A stretch of DNA of 64,000 bases from Bacillota bacterium (GTDB lineage: Bacteria > Bacillota > Desulfotomaculia > Desulfotomaculales > JBFMEU01). Shown piece by piece: positions 49,220 to 58,359 of this stretch. The notes beneath the pieces are model-generated. The model saw only the letters and a program-made list of their open reading frames with translations. It did no database searches and had not been told where the DNA came from. Made by a program: the position numbers and the translations under genes. The DNA lies in assembly GCA_040753155.1 (NCBI GenBank), contig JBFMEU010000001.1:13273-77272 (forward strand), given 5' to 3'. The first letter of the stretch is position 1; the number at the start of each line of letters is the position of its first letter.

Positions 49220-51817
49220 CTACAACAAATCCTTCACCTGAAAGGCACAGCGGCAGGGGGGACTGTGGGAACAGACAGCCAGCGGCCCGCGCCTGGAGGT
49301 GATCGTTTTCAAAAGATGACCTGCCGGGCAGCTCAGCCCGGCTTCAGCCAGGTATTGTCCCAGGATTTCCGGCGTCAGATTTTGGGCCGGCTGCCGGCAG
49401 CGCGGGTAGGCCGTGCAGCCCAGGAAATATCCGTGGCCCGTTCCGGCACGGACTGTCAGCGGACTGCCGCAGCCGGAACAGGTGAGCATGTTCTCCACGT
49501 AAGCCCTCAGTCCGGAATAGCGCCCTCCCAGGAAACCTTTGCGCAAATCCAACTCCAATAGATACATCAGGGTGCGGCAGACCTTTTCTCCGCTTAACCG
49601 TACGCTCAAGCGGTCCACCCGGTGGTCGTCCGGCCAGGGGCAGCCGTACCAAACCGAGCTGGTGTCGATGGCCGTAAGCGGCGTCCTGACACCGGGGGAC
49701 TTGACCACATAGGGCTGTAATTCCCCGGGAAAGGCTGAAGGCCGGCCCGCCCGCAAAGAGAGGCGGGCTCCGCCGGCCAGGGCCCGCTGCAGGGCGGCTG
49801 TCACAGGCCGCCCCGGCGGTCCGGCGGAGGCGGGCCAGTCCATTTGCACCACGGCGGCCTCCCGGATATCTTCACACCACGCCTCCAGGACCGGCATGCG
49901 CTCGGTATGCCAGTCGAGGCTTAAGGCCGAACCCCGGAGATGATCAGGCAAAGCCGCCAGAAGTTCTTTGCCCCTGATCACCCTGCCGTTCTGTTCAATG
50001 AAGCGAAAGAGCCGCGGCACGATGGAGTCACCGGGCAGCCGGTCCTCCAAAAAGGCGCGGTGGGCCAACACCATAAGCTTGCCCCGCGCCCTGGTGACGG
50101 CAACGTTCACCAGCCGCTGCCCGGCCCCGCCTGCCCGGCGGGAAAGGATACCCCCCGGACCACGCTGGGGGAAAGCGTCCACCAGGTCCAGCACCACCGC
50201 GTCCTGTTCCGCACCCTGAAAGCGGTGGATGGTGGCGGCCACCAGGCCGGCTGCCTCGGATCGGGCGCCGGCCGCCCCCAGCAGCCCGGAAACCATGGCG
50301 TTCAACAGCCTGGCCTGGGCTGCGTAAGGCGCGAGCAGTCCTACCGAGAGGCCACTCAGCCTTACCTGCCAGGCCAGCGCCAGGGCCAGAAAAGCGGAAA
50401 AAGGGTTGAAGCGGGAATGAACATGCCGGTAGCACATGGCCGGCAAGTCGCTCAAGTCAACCAGCACCAGCGCCGACCCGGGGCAGGGGTCAACGGCGGC
50501 CAGTTCAGCGCGCCGGGCGGTCTCGGGGGCGTTGAAAAGCTGGCCGCCGTACACGGTGTCGTTGACAAAGCCGGCAATGGCCGGATGCATGCGGCGCTGG
50601 TAGCGCAATACAGCCAGATCCGGCATCTTGCCGGCCTCAAAGGAGGCAATGATTCCGGCTTCATCGAAGATGTCGCGCTTCAGCCAGCGATCCACTCCCT
50701 CCGTCCCGGCCAGGGCCACCGGGGCCAATTGGCGGAAATCACCGCTGACCACCAGGTTCCGGCGGGCCAGCGAGGCGGCAAAAAAGACTTGAGGAATATA
50801 GGCCATACTGGCTTCGTCCAGCAGTACGGTGTCGAAGTGGCCCTGGTAAATCAGAGGATCTGTCGCCGCCATGGCCAGAGTACAGCCAAGCACACCGGCC
50901 TCACGGGCCAGTTGCGCCTCCGCTTCTTTCAGCTTCGCCCGAACCTCACGCAGCGCCAGTTCCACCTCATCCATACCGCCGCCGGGGCGCCTGCCGGAGC
51001 GCAGTCCGGCCAACAGGGCGCTGCGCTCCGCTTCCAGTTTTCTCCGCCGGTCCCGCAGGTCGGGGCGCCGGGCGGCGGCCAAGTTGGCCGCCAGCAGCCC
51101 ACTCTGCCGCAGCGCCGGCAACCTGGCCCAGCCGTAGCGCAACACCAGGCCGGAGGGCGCAGACTCTCCAAATTGCGTTGCGGCCCGTAACACGGCGCCA
51201 TCCACGGCCACGTTGGCGTGCGAAAGGATCAAGACCCGCCGTCCCTGTCCGTGAAAGAGCCGCGCCAGGCGGGCCAGGGTCTCGGTCTTACCGGTGCCCG
51301 GCGGTCCCCAGATAAAAGTGATTTCCCTGCCGTCAGCCAGGCGCAAGGCCTCTTCCTGGGCACCGGCCGCCGCTGAGGGCGGGACATAAAGCCGCGGGCC
51401 GGCCGGCACGCTTCCCAGCACCGCCAGGGCCATCTTGAGGTTTCTCTGAGGTGCCTCGCTTAATCGTTCCTGCAGGGCGGTCAGTAAAAACCAGGGCTCG
51501 CCAAAGACCTCGGCTCGCTCGACATAATCACCTATATTTTTGCTTAGCGCCAAAGTAAGCTCGGCGCCACGGACTGTCACAACCTCGCCCCTGGATTCGC
51601 GGTGTCCCGAGCAAACCCGCACCGGTGTGCCGTCCAAAAGAAACGACTCTATCTCCAATTCAAAGACATACAAAAAACCTGATTCGCCGCGATGGATTAA
51701 CACCCCGTCCAAAGCCATCAGGGGGCGTCCGCCCTCGTGCGTCAAGTAAGCTATTTCGTCGGCCAGGGCCTCTTTAAAAGCTTCAATAATACTGGAAAAA
51801 TCCAATCCGGCAGGCAC
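49220..51817 (-). CDS. SF1B (Upf1/DNA2-like, AAA_11/AAA_12) helicase with a C-terminal Topo-IA-type zinc ribbon (gene D of the candidate system)
   Basis: 865-aa ORF with a GTG start. Motif I IWGPPGTGKT, II VLLDEASM, III SGDFRQLAPV, VI VAVTRARGKLMV. C-terminal CSGCGSPLTVRAGTGHGYFLGCTAYPRCRQ plus a second Cys-rich ribbon. Confidence 0.85.
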   Translation of the reverse strand: MPAGLDFSSIIEAFKEALADEIAYLTHEGGRPLMALDGVLIHRGESGFLYVFELEIESFLLDGTPVRVCSGHRESRGEVVTVRGAELTLALSKNIGDYVERAEVFGEPWFLLTALQERLSEAPQRNLKMALAVLGSVPAGPRLYVPPSAAAGAQEEALRLADGREITFIWGPPGTGKTETLARLARLFHGQGRRVLILSHANVAVDGAVLRAATQFGESAPSGLVLRYGWARLPALRQSGLLAANLAAARRPDLRDRRRKLEAERSALLAGLRSGRRPGGGMDEVELALREVRAKLKEAEAQLAREAGVLGCTLAMAATDPLIYQGHFDTVLLDEASMAYIPQVFFAASLARRNLVVSGDFRQLAPVALAGTEGVDRWLKRDIFDEAGIIASFEAGKMPDLAVLRYQRRMHPAIAGFVNDTVYGGQLFNAPETARRAELAAVDPCPGSALVLVDLSDLPAMCYRHVHSRFNPFSAFLALALAWQVRLSGLSVGLLAPYAAQARLLNAMVSGLLGAAGARSEAAGLVAATIHRFQGAEQDAVVLDLVDAFPQRGPGGILSRRAGGAGQRLVNVAVTRARGKLMVLAHRAFLEDRLPGDSIVPRLFRFIEQNGRVIRGKELLAALPDHLRGSALSLDWHTERMPVLEAWCEDIREAAVVQMDWPASAGPPGRPVTAALQRALAGGARLSLRAGRPSAFPGELQPYVVKSPGVRTPLTAIDTSSVWYGCPWPDDHRVDRLSVRLSGEKVCRTLMYLLELDLRKGFLGGRYSGLRAYVENMLTCSGCGSPLTVRAGTGHGYFLGCTAYPRCRQPAQNLTPEILGQYLAEAGLSCPAGHLLKTITSRRGPLAVCSHSPPCRCAFQVKDLL

Positions 51818-51870
51818 CTCTCAAGGGGATCAAGTAAAAAGCCCGGTCCGTTTTTTAAACATTGCTGGAG

Positions 51871-51962
<92 letters not shown>

Positions 51963-51965
51963 CAG

Positions 51966-53216
51966 TCAATATTCCTGTTCCCTTGCTTCAATCAATTCTT
52001 CACTGTCCGCAAGCTCACCAGGCAGGATTTCCTCCGGCATTACCACCGCAATCTCCGGCCTCTCGCCGTAAAGGTATTCCAGATCCAGGTACTCCACCAG
52101 GGCCCGGATCACCGTGCGCAGCGGCTTGTCCACGGGCAGACTGCCGTTGATCCGGTCAAAATCATCCGGCGCCGGCCAGTCGAAGGCCCGGGCATGGTGC
52201 TCCCGGATAGCCTGCAGCATCCGTCCGATGTCGAAGGTAGAGAGGGTGTCCAGAAAAAGGTTATCCTTTAAAAAGTGCCCAAAGACCTCTTTCACAGTGG
52301 GAATTTCATGCTGTCTCCCCTTGGCCTCCAGCTTCCGCGGCACATTGTCGTAATCACTGTTTTTCTGCTTCCAGATCAATTCCGACCACAGGTTGGACGA
52401 AGCGGAAAAGACAGTATAAGTGGCCGTAAGGCCGAAGGAGGGCGACATGAACCGGGCGGCGTTCAAGTAGGCGTTGGCCCTGGCGGTGACGCCCAGATAC
52501 ATAAGCTGCTCGAATTCGTCCAGCAGAAGAACCCAGCCGGCATAGCCGCCGGACTTAATCAGGCGGGAGAGAAAGCGGAAATAGTCAAAAACATTCTCCT
52601 TCACCTTAAAGGGCGGCATAGCCAGCGCCTTTCCGAAATTCAAGCGGTGAATGGATTTTAGCTGGGCGTTGGGCACAAAGTCACCGGCCAGATCGCTGGT
52701 CAGAATGTGCTGGTTGTATGCGTCACCGCTGCCGTCCAGATAATTTTTCAGCACAGCCTCAAGCCTGGGGTGAAGGTTGCGCCCGGCATAACGCAGGATC
52801 TCCTCCGCTTCCTCGCCGCCCGGTTTTAGCTTATCCAGCAAGGGCGTAAAGCCAGGCTGCGAGTAACCGGGCAGGTAGAGACTTGTTGCCGCCCGGCGGT
52901 AAAGGCGGTCCAGTTTGTCAAAGGGCGTTTCTTTGGATAGCGGCACAAAGCTCACGGCAAAGTTCATCTCCGCCGCCTGCCGGGCGATGATATTCAAAAA
53001 GTGGGTTTTGCCGTTGCCGAAGTTGCCTTTCAGCACCAGCGCGGAAACGCCGTCCTCCGTACGCACGCGGCCTAATTCACGTCCCACGCGTTCCAGGGCG
53101 GCTTCCCGCCCATAGGAAAAAATGGTGCTCAAATGCCGGGAAGAAACTCCGGAACGCAGGCACTCCATGACTTGCCTGGCCTCAAATCTATCCATCCCGC
53201 TCACCTCCCGCGGCAT
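51966..53216 (-). CDS. P-loop ATPase, BrxD/DUF2791-like (gene C of the candidate system)
   Basis: 416-aa ORF with ARQVMECLRSGVSSRHLSTIFSYGREAALERV, then Walker A LKGNFGNGKTHFL and Walker B WVLLLDEFEQL. The alternative start M8 (53195) gives an 8-nt overlap with gene B. Confidence 0.65.
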   Translation of the reverse strand: MPREVSGMDRFEARQVMECLRSGVSSRHLSTIFSYGREAALERVGRELGRVRTEDGVSALVLKGNFGNGKTHFLNIIARQAAEMNFAVSFVPLSKETPFDKLDRLYRRAATSLYLPGYSQPGFTPLLDKLKPGGEEAEEILRYAGRNLHPRLEAVLKNYLDGSGDAYNQHILTSDLAGDFVPNAQLKSIHRLNFGKALAMPPFKVKENVFDYFRFLSRLIKSGGYAGWVLLLDEFEQLMYLGVTARANAYLNAARFMSPSFGLTATYTVFSASSNLWSELIWKQKNSDYDNVPRKLEAKGRQHEIPTVKEVFGHFLKDNLFLDTLSTFDIGRMLQAIREHHARAFDWPAPDDFDRINGSLPVDKPLRTVIRALVEYLDLEYLYGERPEIAVVMPEEILPGELADSEELIEAREQEY

Positions 53217-54318
53217 GCTGATTGGCTATGGCCTCCACCACCCGCCGCAACGGCGAGATCATCCCGACGTTATCCACCAGGCAGCGAAAATCTTCCCGCT
53301 GAAGGCCGGAACCCATATCGAAGGCTTGGTTAAGCCTGTCTTGCAGATCCAGGCATAGTTCCGTTGTAAAAAATTCTTTCACCAAAGCGTCCTGGTTAAA
53401 AAGGTCGGCAAATTTATTTGGACGTGACCCGGAGACTTCGTTCTGAATGCGCATCCACAGGGCCTCATATGACTTGAAGCCTCCCTTTTCATCATAAAGC
53501 AGCTCATTCCGGCCGGCGAAGACAAAAAACGCCCCTTCAAAGCCGGCGAAGTCGTCTACCAGCTGCCGCAGGCTTTCGTAGACCTCGTTGCGGGCCGACT
53601 TGCCGTAAAGCGCCCGCCCTGTCGCCCCCCTCTCCAGGAGCGCGTCCAGGTTATCCATGGCCAGGCAAAGGCCCCGGCGGCCGCAGAGGCGCAGCAGACA
53701 AAGAAAAGAAGCCATCATGTGCCGGGCGTTATACTTGTCGATGCGGGTAAAGAGCTTCAAAGGCTTTAAAACCCTGGCCTGCAGCGGGCGGCCTTTAAGC
53801 CAGTCCGCCAGGATCTCCTTTTGCTCCGGGGCTAAACGGCGTGAACCGAGACGATGGGCGCAAAGCTGGGTGAAAGCCATGGCAAAGTTGTGGTCAATCT
53901 TCCTGTCGTGGTAAAGGGCGTCCAGGCTTTCCTGAATCTCGCGCCGGAGGGTGTCCGCCGCCCGCCCCTGCCCCTGGGCCCAGCTAAAGAAATCCTGCTC
54001 CGGTGGAATCTGCGGGGACCGGTAGCCCATGCCCTCCAGGACAATTCCACAGTAATCGTCCACCAGGGCTGCCATATCCACCTCTTCCAGCACACTCTGG
54101 TAGATGGAGTCAAACTTGTTCAAGCGCACCAGGCGGGCGTCTGCGAAAACTGTAAGATACCCCAACCGGCGGGCCTCTTCCAGCAGGAAGAGCAGCGCGT
54201 GGGTCTTGCCCGAGCCCGTCTTGCCGAGCAAAAATTTCACCTTGCTGCCGCCGGCGGCGATATAATCATCAAGGTAGTGCGTCCGCCAGAAATTCCAGAT
54301 GCCATCCTGCGCGCGCAT
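53188..54318 (-). CDS. P-loop ATPase, BrxD/DUF2791-like paralog (gene B). The N-terminus probably extends upstream of the first ATG
   Basis: 376-aa ORF. Walker A LLGKTGSGKTHAL and atypical Walker B LCLAMDNLDAL. The 30 in-frame codons upstream (54319-54408, PLDPVTREEALEHLRRGRPPQDKEALGAIT) align with the N-terminal motif of gene C but contain no ATG/GTG/TTG. Confidence 0.6.
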   Translation of the reverse strand: MRAQDGIWNFWRTHYLDDYIAAGGSKVKFLLGKTGSGKTHALLFLLEEARRLGYLTVFADARLVRLNKFDSIYQSVLEEVDMAALVDDYCGIVLEGMGYRSPQIPPEQDFFSWAQGQGRAADTLRREIQESLDALYHDRKIDHNFAMAFTQLCAHRLGSRRLAPEQKEILADWLKGRPLQARVLKPLKLFTRIDKYNARHMMASFLCLLRLCGRRGLCLAMDNLDALLERGATGRALYGKSARNEVYESLRQLVDDFAGFEGAFFVFAGRNELLYDEKGGFKSYEALWMRIQNEVSGSRPNKFADLFNQDALVKEFFTTELCLDLQDRLNQAFDMGSGLQREDFRCLVDNVGMISPLRRVVEAIANQHAAGGERDG

Positions 54319-54408
54319 TGTAATCGCACCCAGCGCCTCTTTGTCCTGCGGCGGCCGTCCCCGCCGCAGGTGTTCGAGGGCTTCTTCCCTTGTTACCGGG
54401 TCCAGAGG

Positions 54409-55203
54409 CTATCCCTCCCTGTAAAACTTCATTACGCCGAGGCGCTGGGGCTGTCCCTGGGCGTCCAAAACCACCAGGGCCTGTTTCCGGCTGCGCACAT
54501 TGCCCAGCCAGAGCCGCCGGCCGTCCGGCGCGTTCGGCTGGCCGCTCTTAAACACCCTGTGCAGGTCAAAGGCAAATAGCTGCAATGGATAATCCCGCCT
54601 TTGCTGCGGCATGGGTGTAAGGGTATTATAAACGTCTTTAATCAGCACTTCCTGTTCGTTTAAGTCGATTTTGGTTTTCGCGATCTGCCTGGCCATCTCC
54701 GTATCGTAAGCCGCCGCCAGGGCCTGGAGAAAGCGCTGGGCGTCGAAGGAAGCCGCGTTTAAGCGGTCAATGCTCTTCTTCAAGTGTCTGGCCAAAACCC
54801 CCGGGCGCAGGTTGCGGTAGACCTTATCGTCAATGGTTACCATTTCTTTGTCCGGCAGCACCCGCACCTTAAAAGGCAGCACCTCGTAGACCGGGTACTC
54901 GGCCTCCACAGCCAGACCCTCATCAGCCAAGGCCGCCAGGAACACCTGGTGAAAATCCTCCAAAAGGTACGACTGCAGGCTGAAAGACGGCACTTTTTCT
55001 TTAAAGTCCTGCAGGTTCGCTTTTTGCCTCTCCACCAGTTCCTCATAACGGACCAGTCCCTGCTGGAGGGCCTCCAGGTTTCCCCCAACGGCTGCTTCAT
55101 TGATCCGCCTCACCACGTTCAACATGCTGCGATGGACGTTGTTCAGGCTCTTAAAGTCCTCCTGCAGCGATTGATCCAGAAATTTATCCAGGTTTATAGA
55201 CAT
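54409..55203 (-). CDS. hypothetical helical protein (gene A of the candidate system)
   Basis: 264-aa ORF. Heptad-like helical N-terminus (LNNVHRSMLNVVRRINEAAVGGNLEALQQGLVRYEELVERQKANLQDFKEKV). No motif I recognise. Its TAG stop is in frame with gene B. Confidence 0.6.
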   Translation of the reverse strand: MSINLDKFLDQSLQEDFKSLNNVHRSMLNVVRRINEAAVGGNLEALQQGLVRYEELVERQKANLQDFKEKVPSFSLQSYLLEDFHQVFLAALADEGLAVEAEYPVYEVLPFKVRVLPDKEMVTIDDKVYRNLRPGVLARHLKKSIDRLNAASFDAQRFLQALAAAYDTEMARQIAKTKIDLNEQEVLIKDVYNTLTPMPQQRRDYPLQLFAFDLHRVFKSGQPNAPDGRRLWLGNVRSRKQALVVLDAQGQPQRLGVMKFYREG

Positions 55204-55359
55204 TTATTCCCTTAAGCACCTCCAGAGTTAGACAGAATATGCTTTTTTTCTCTAGAAGCAGTTGATTATCCTTCTTTGGCGAAAAAATAATCTAGGAAAG
55301 ACGGAAAACCCCTCGAAAACCTTACTGGATGGATCTAAAAATGGAACTCAATAACGCAA

Positions 55360-55408
55360 GGGGGCCGGTGCTTATCCGCAGCGCAGCGGAGGAATAACAC
55401 CGGCCCCC
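55360..55408 (-). repeat. minimal TIR-hairpin element (GGGGGCCGGTGCTTATCC ... GGAATAACACCGGCCCCC)
   Basis: The two TIRs of the 29843-30026 / 58996-59185 family are joined by an 11-nt loop, in inverted orientation. Confidence 0.8.
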
Positions 55409-55466
55409 ACAAAAACTTTACTTGTTTATCCCCAGGCATTAGAATACAAATAATAGCAACCATAGG

Positions 55467-55653
55467 GTAACTACTCAGGAGTCAGGAGTCAGAATGAGAA
55501 AACCAGCGAAAACATTTGAAGATTTACTGGTATGGCAGAAGGCGCACCTGTTCGTACTTGCGGCTTATTGTTTATCCATGGCGTTTCCGAAGTATGAGCT
55601 ATACGGTCCATTCTGAATTCTGACTCCTGAATTCTGAATACCTGAATAGTTAC
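55467..55653 (+). mobile_element. four-helix-bundle MITE, compact complete copy (2 AGGAGTC units)
   Basis: TIRs are GTAACTACTCAGGAGTCAG ... CTGACTCCTGAATTCTGAATACCTGAATAGTTAC. Flanks ACCATAGG / ACCATATG look like an imperfect TSD. Confidence 0.8.
55494..55616 (+). pseudogene. 40-codon mini-ORF, an N-terminal fragment of a four-helix-bundle (23S rRNA IVS / TIGR02436-type) protein
   Basis: My translation is MRKPAKTFEDLLVWQKAHLFVLAAYCLSMAFPKYELYGPF*. It matches the family N-terminus FEDLxVWQKAHxLxLxIYxLTxxFPKxExYG. SD AGGAG lies 5 nt upstream. Confidence 0.7.
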
Positions 55654-55683
55654 ACCATATGTCTTAAAAGCAGGAGGTTATAA

Positions 55684-56874
55684 ATGAACAATTCGCAGCC
55701 TGACCACCACCCGGGCAAGGTCCCGCTGTGGACCGGAAACTTTATCCTGCTCTGCCTGGTTAACCTGACCCTGTTCCTGGCCTTTCAAATGCTTATCCCC
55801 ACCCTGCCGGTCTATGTAAGTGAAATGGGCGGCAGCAAAACCGCCGTCGGCCTGATCATCGGCATCTTCACCATCTCCGCCGTGGTGGTGCGCCCCTTCA
55901 CCGGCCGGTTGCTGGATACCCACGGCCGCCGGGGGATTTTACTGATCGGGCTGGCCGTCTTCATCGTATCCACCGCCGCCTACCACTGGGCCGCCACCGT
56001 GGCCCTGGTGCTGGCCATCCGTTTCATCCACGGCTTCGGCTGGGGCGCCTGCACCACTGCCGCCGGAACTGCGGCCACCGACATCATTCCCACGCCCCGC
56101 CTGGCCGAGGGCATGGGGTTTTTTGGCCTGGCCGCCACCTTATCCATGACCATTGCCCCGGCGGTGGGTCTTTACCTTATTTATAACTACAGCTTCGGGG
56201 TCTTGTTTGCCGTCTCGGTAGCCCTGTCCATTTTATCCCTGCTCCTGGCGGCGGCGGTAAAATACCCAAACGTAGCCCCGGCAGCGAAAAATGTGCCGGA
56301 CGCGCTCTTTGAGCCGGCGGCCTTCCGCCCCTCGGTGGTTATATTCCTTTGCACCACCACCTACGGCGCGGTGGTGACCTTTATCGCCCTGTACGCCGGG
56401 CAGCAGGGCGTCCCCATCGACCGCATCGGCATTTTATTTACGGTATTCGCCATCACCCTTACTCTCACCCGCCCGTTGGCGGGCATGCTGGTGGACCGCC
56501 GGGGCTATGATGTGGTTGTGGTGCCCGGCCTGCTGTTTGTAACCGCTACCATGATCGTTCTTTCCCAGGCCGCAGCTTTGTGGATGTTTCTGCTGGCCGG
56601 CGTACTCTTCGGCCTGGGCTTCGGCACCATCCACCCCAGTATGCAGGCCATGGCCGTCCAGTTTGTGCCGCCCCACCGGCGGGGGGCCGCCAACGGCACC
56701 TTCTTTTCCGCCTTCGACCTGGGCATCGGGGCCGGCGCAATTGTTTGGGGGGCTGTTTCCCAGGCCTATGACTACAGCACCATGTATCTGCTGGCCGCCG
56801 GCCCCGGCGTCCTGGCCCTGGCAGTCTACCTGGTCACGGGCCGGCAAAGTTCCCGGGATAGAGCTACAGGCTGA
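55684..56874 (+). CDS. MFS transporter
   Basis: 396-aa ORF with about 12 predicted TM helices. Has the motif RPFTGRLLDTHGRR between TM2 and TM3. Confidence 0.88.
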   Translation: MNNSQPDHHPGKVPLWTGNFILLCLVNLTLFLAFQMLIPTLPVYVSEMGGSKTAVGLIIGIFTISAVVVRPFTGRLLDTHGRRGILLIGLAVFIVSTAAYHWAATVALVLAIRFIHGFGWGACTTAAGTAATDIIPTPRLAEGMGFFGLAATLSMTIAPAVGLYLIYNYSFGVLFAVSVALSILSLLLAAAVKYPNVAPAAKNVPDALFEPAAFRPSVVIFLCTTTYGAVVTFIALYAGQQGVPIDRIGILFTVFAITLTLTRPLAGMLVDRRGYDVVVVPGLLFVTATMIVLSQAAALWMFLLAGVLFGLGFGTIHPSMQAMAVQFVPPHRRGAANGTFFSAFDLGIGAGAIVWGAVSQAYDYSTMYLLAAGPGVLALAVYLVTGRQSSRDRATG

Positions 56875-56956
56875 GCCGGTCCCCCGCCCCGCTGCCGGAG
56901 GGCCGGCAGTCGGGGGTTTCGACAGGGTGGAGATGCTTTCACTGGTGTAATCTCGG

Positions 56957-58054
56957 CTAAAAGCGGCCTTTTTCCATGCCGATGCGGATGAGCTGCTCCT
57001 TTTTGTTTTGCGGGGGCGTATGAATAACTGACCGGCGTGACATGGTCAGGGCACCGCCGGGGCAGGCGTTGGCGCACACCCCGCAGCCAATGCACAGCTC
57101 GTTGTTAATGGCCGGCCGCTCATTATCCTGCATGGTTATGGCCAGGATATGACAGCTTTCGGCGCAGGCCCCGCAGCCGGTGCAACTGTCTGCATCCAGG
57201 ACGGGAATAAAGTTGCTGGGGTGAGTAAAGAACTGTCCGGCCTCGTTAATAGAGCGCAGCGCCAGGCAGCAGCAGCCGCAGCAGTGGCAGATGTAGGCCG
57301 GCTTATTCAGCACATTGTCACAAAGGTGCACCAGGCCGGCCTTTTCCGTTTCCTCCAATACCTTGTGGAGTTCATCAACCGATGCCCGCCTGGCGAATCC
57401 CTTCTGCACCAGCCAGTCTGCCGCCCCGCCCATAGAGGTGCACACATCAACCGGGGCGTCACAGGCTTTGCCCAGATGTTCGGCCTTATGGCGACAGGCG
57501 CACAGGGAGATGGCGCCGCCACCGGACTGGCGAATAACCTCCGAAGCCCTCTCGTAACTCAATACCTCGGTTTCCACCACCGCAGGAATCAGGTGCTCAT
57601 ACACCAGGGCCTTGAACATCTTGGTGTCCCCACCGGCAAACTCCTCCCGGACGCCGGGACTGTGGAAATATTTTTCAAACAGCTCCGCCATTTCCTTCAT
57701 GTTCACGTTATCCCTTACCCGCATGAAGGTGTACTCGAAGAATCCAATCACCATGGGGGTTAACATAAAGTAGGCGCTATCCTTGCGGGGAATGTCCAGC
57801 ACCAGGCCCTTGGCGGCCATGTCCGCAAGAATTTTTTTCAACTTATCTTCAGCAATCCCCGTTATGCCGGACATTTGGTCCAGGGTCAGCGGCAGCAGCG
57901 GGAATTTACCGGCCACCATGGCCTCGGTTTCCGTATAAAGGCGGTGGAGAATTTCCATCAGGGTTTCGTTAACCGGCGCTCCCACCGGGTTCTTGTTCAG
58001 CCGCTCGGCCAGCGCCCGGTAAACCTGTTCCTTGGCATCAATAAGGTGTCCCAT
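56957..58054 (-). CDS. Cys-rich Fe-S protein with a C-terminal 2x[4Fe-4S] ferredoxin domain
   Basis: CTGCGACAESCHILAI and CIGCGVCANACPGGAL ferredoxin motifs. Additional CHCCGCCC cluster. Possible wHTH-like N-terminus. Confidence 0.7.
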   Translation of the reverse strand: MGHLIDAKEQVYRALAERLNKNPVGAPVNETLMEILHRLYTETEAMVAGKFPLLPLTLDQMSGITGIAEDKLKKILADMAAKGLVLDIPRKDSAYFMLTPMVIGFFEYTFMRVRDNVNMKEMAELFEKYFHSPGVREEFAGGDTKMFKALVYEHLIPAVVETEVLSYERASEVIRQSGGGAISLCACRHKAEHLGKACDAPVDVCTSMGGAADWLVQKGFARRASVDELHKVLEETEKAGLVHLCDNVLNKPAYICHCCGCCCLALRSINEAGQFFTHPSNFIPVLDADSCTGCGACAESCHILAITMQDNERPAINNELCIGCGVCANACPGGALTMSRRSVIHTPPQNKKEQLIRIGMEKGRF

Positions 58055-58160
58055 AATTCAGCCTCCTAATAATTTTCTGTAAATACGCACAATTTTTTAT
58101 CCGGGTTGCCCTAACCATATGTAAGCCGGGGCCGGCACACCCCCTTCCACTTTACGAATT

Positions 58161-58294
58161 TGAACAAGACTTCATTCAGAGGGGGATTCAACCCCCTCTG
58201 AATGTTAGCCGAGTCCATACTGGACTTAACCGCCCTTTGAAACCCGCCGCCTACAGAGGCGGGGGTCTTAGGGCGGATTAGTTCAGTGATAAAT
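58161..58294 (+). repeat. 134-nt three-hairpin repeat element (full copy)
   Basis: See 36305-36438. Confidence 0.9.
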
Positions 58295-58359
58295 TATTGA
58301 CCGCCAATTAATAAGTGTATTATTTATGTGCAGGCAAACAATTATGGCAAAAAATAAGA

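Noticed and set aside
54409-54411. TAG between genes A and B as a pyrrolysine codon
   Set aside because: No pyl genes or PYLIS-like context are visible in this window. This cannot be supported from the sequence and is kept only as something to check genome-wide.
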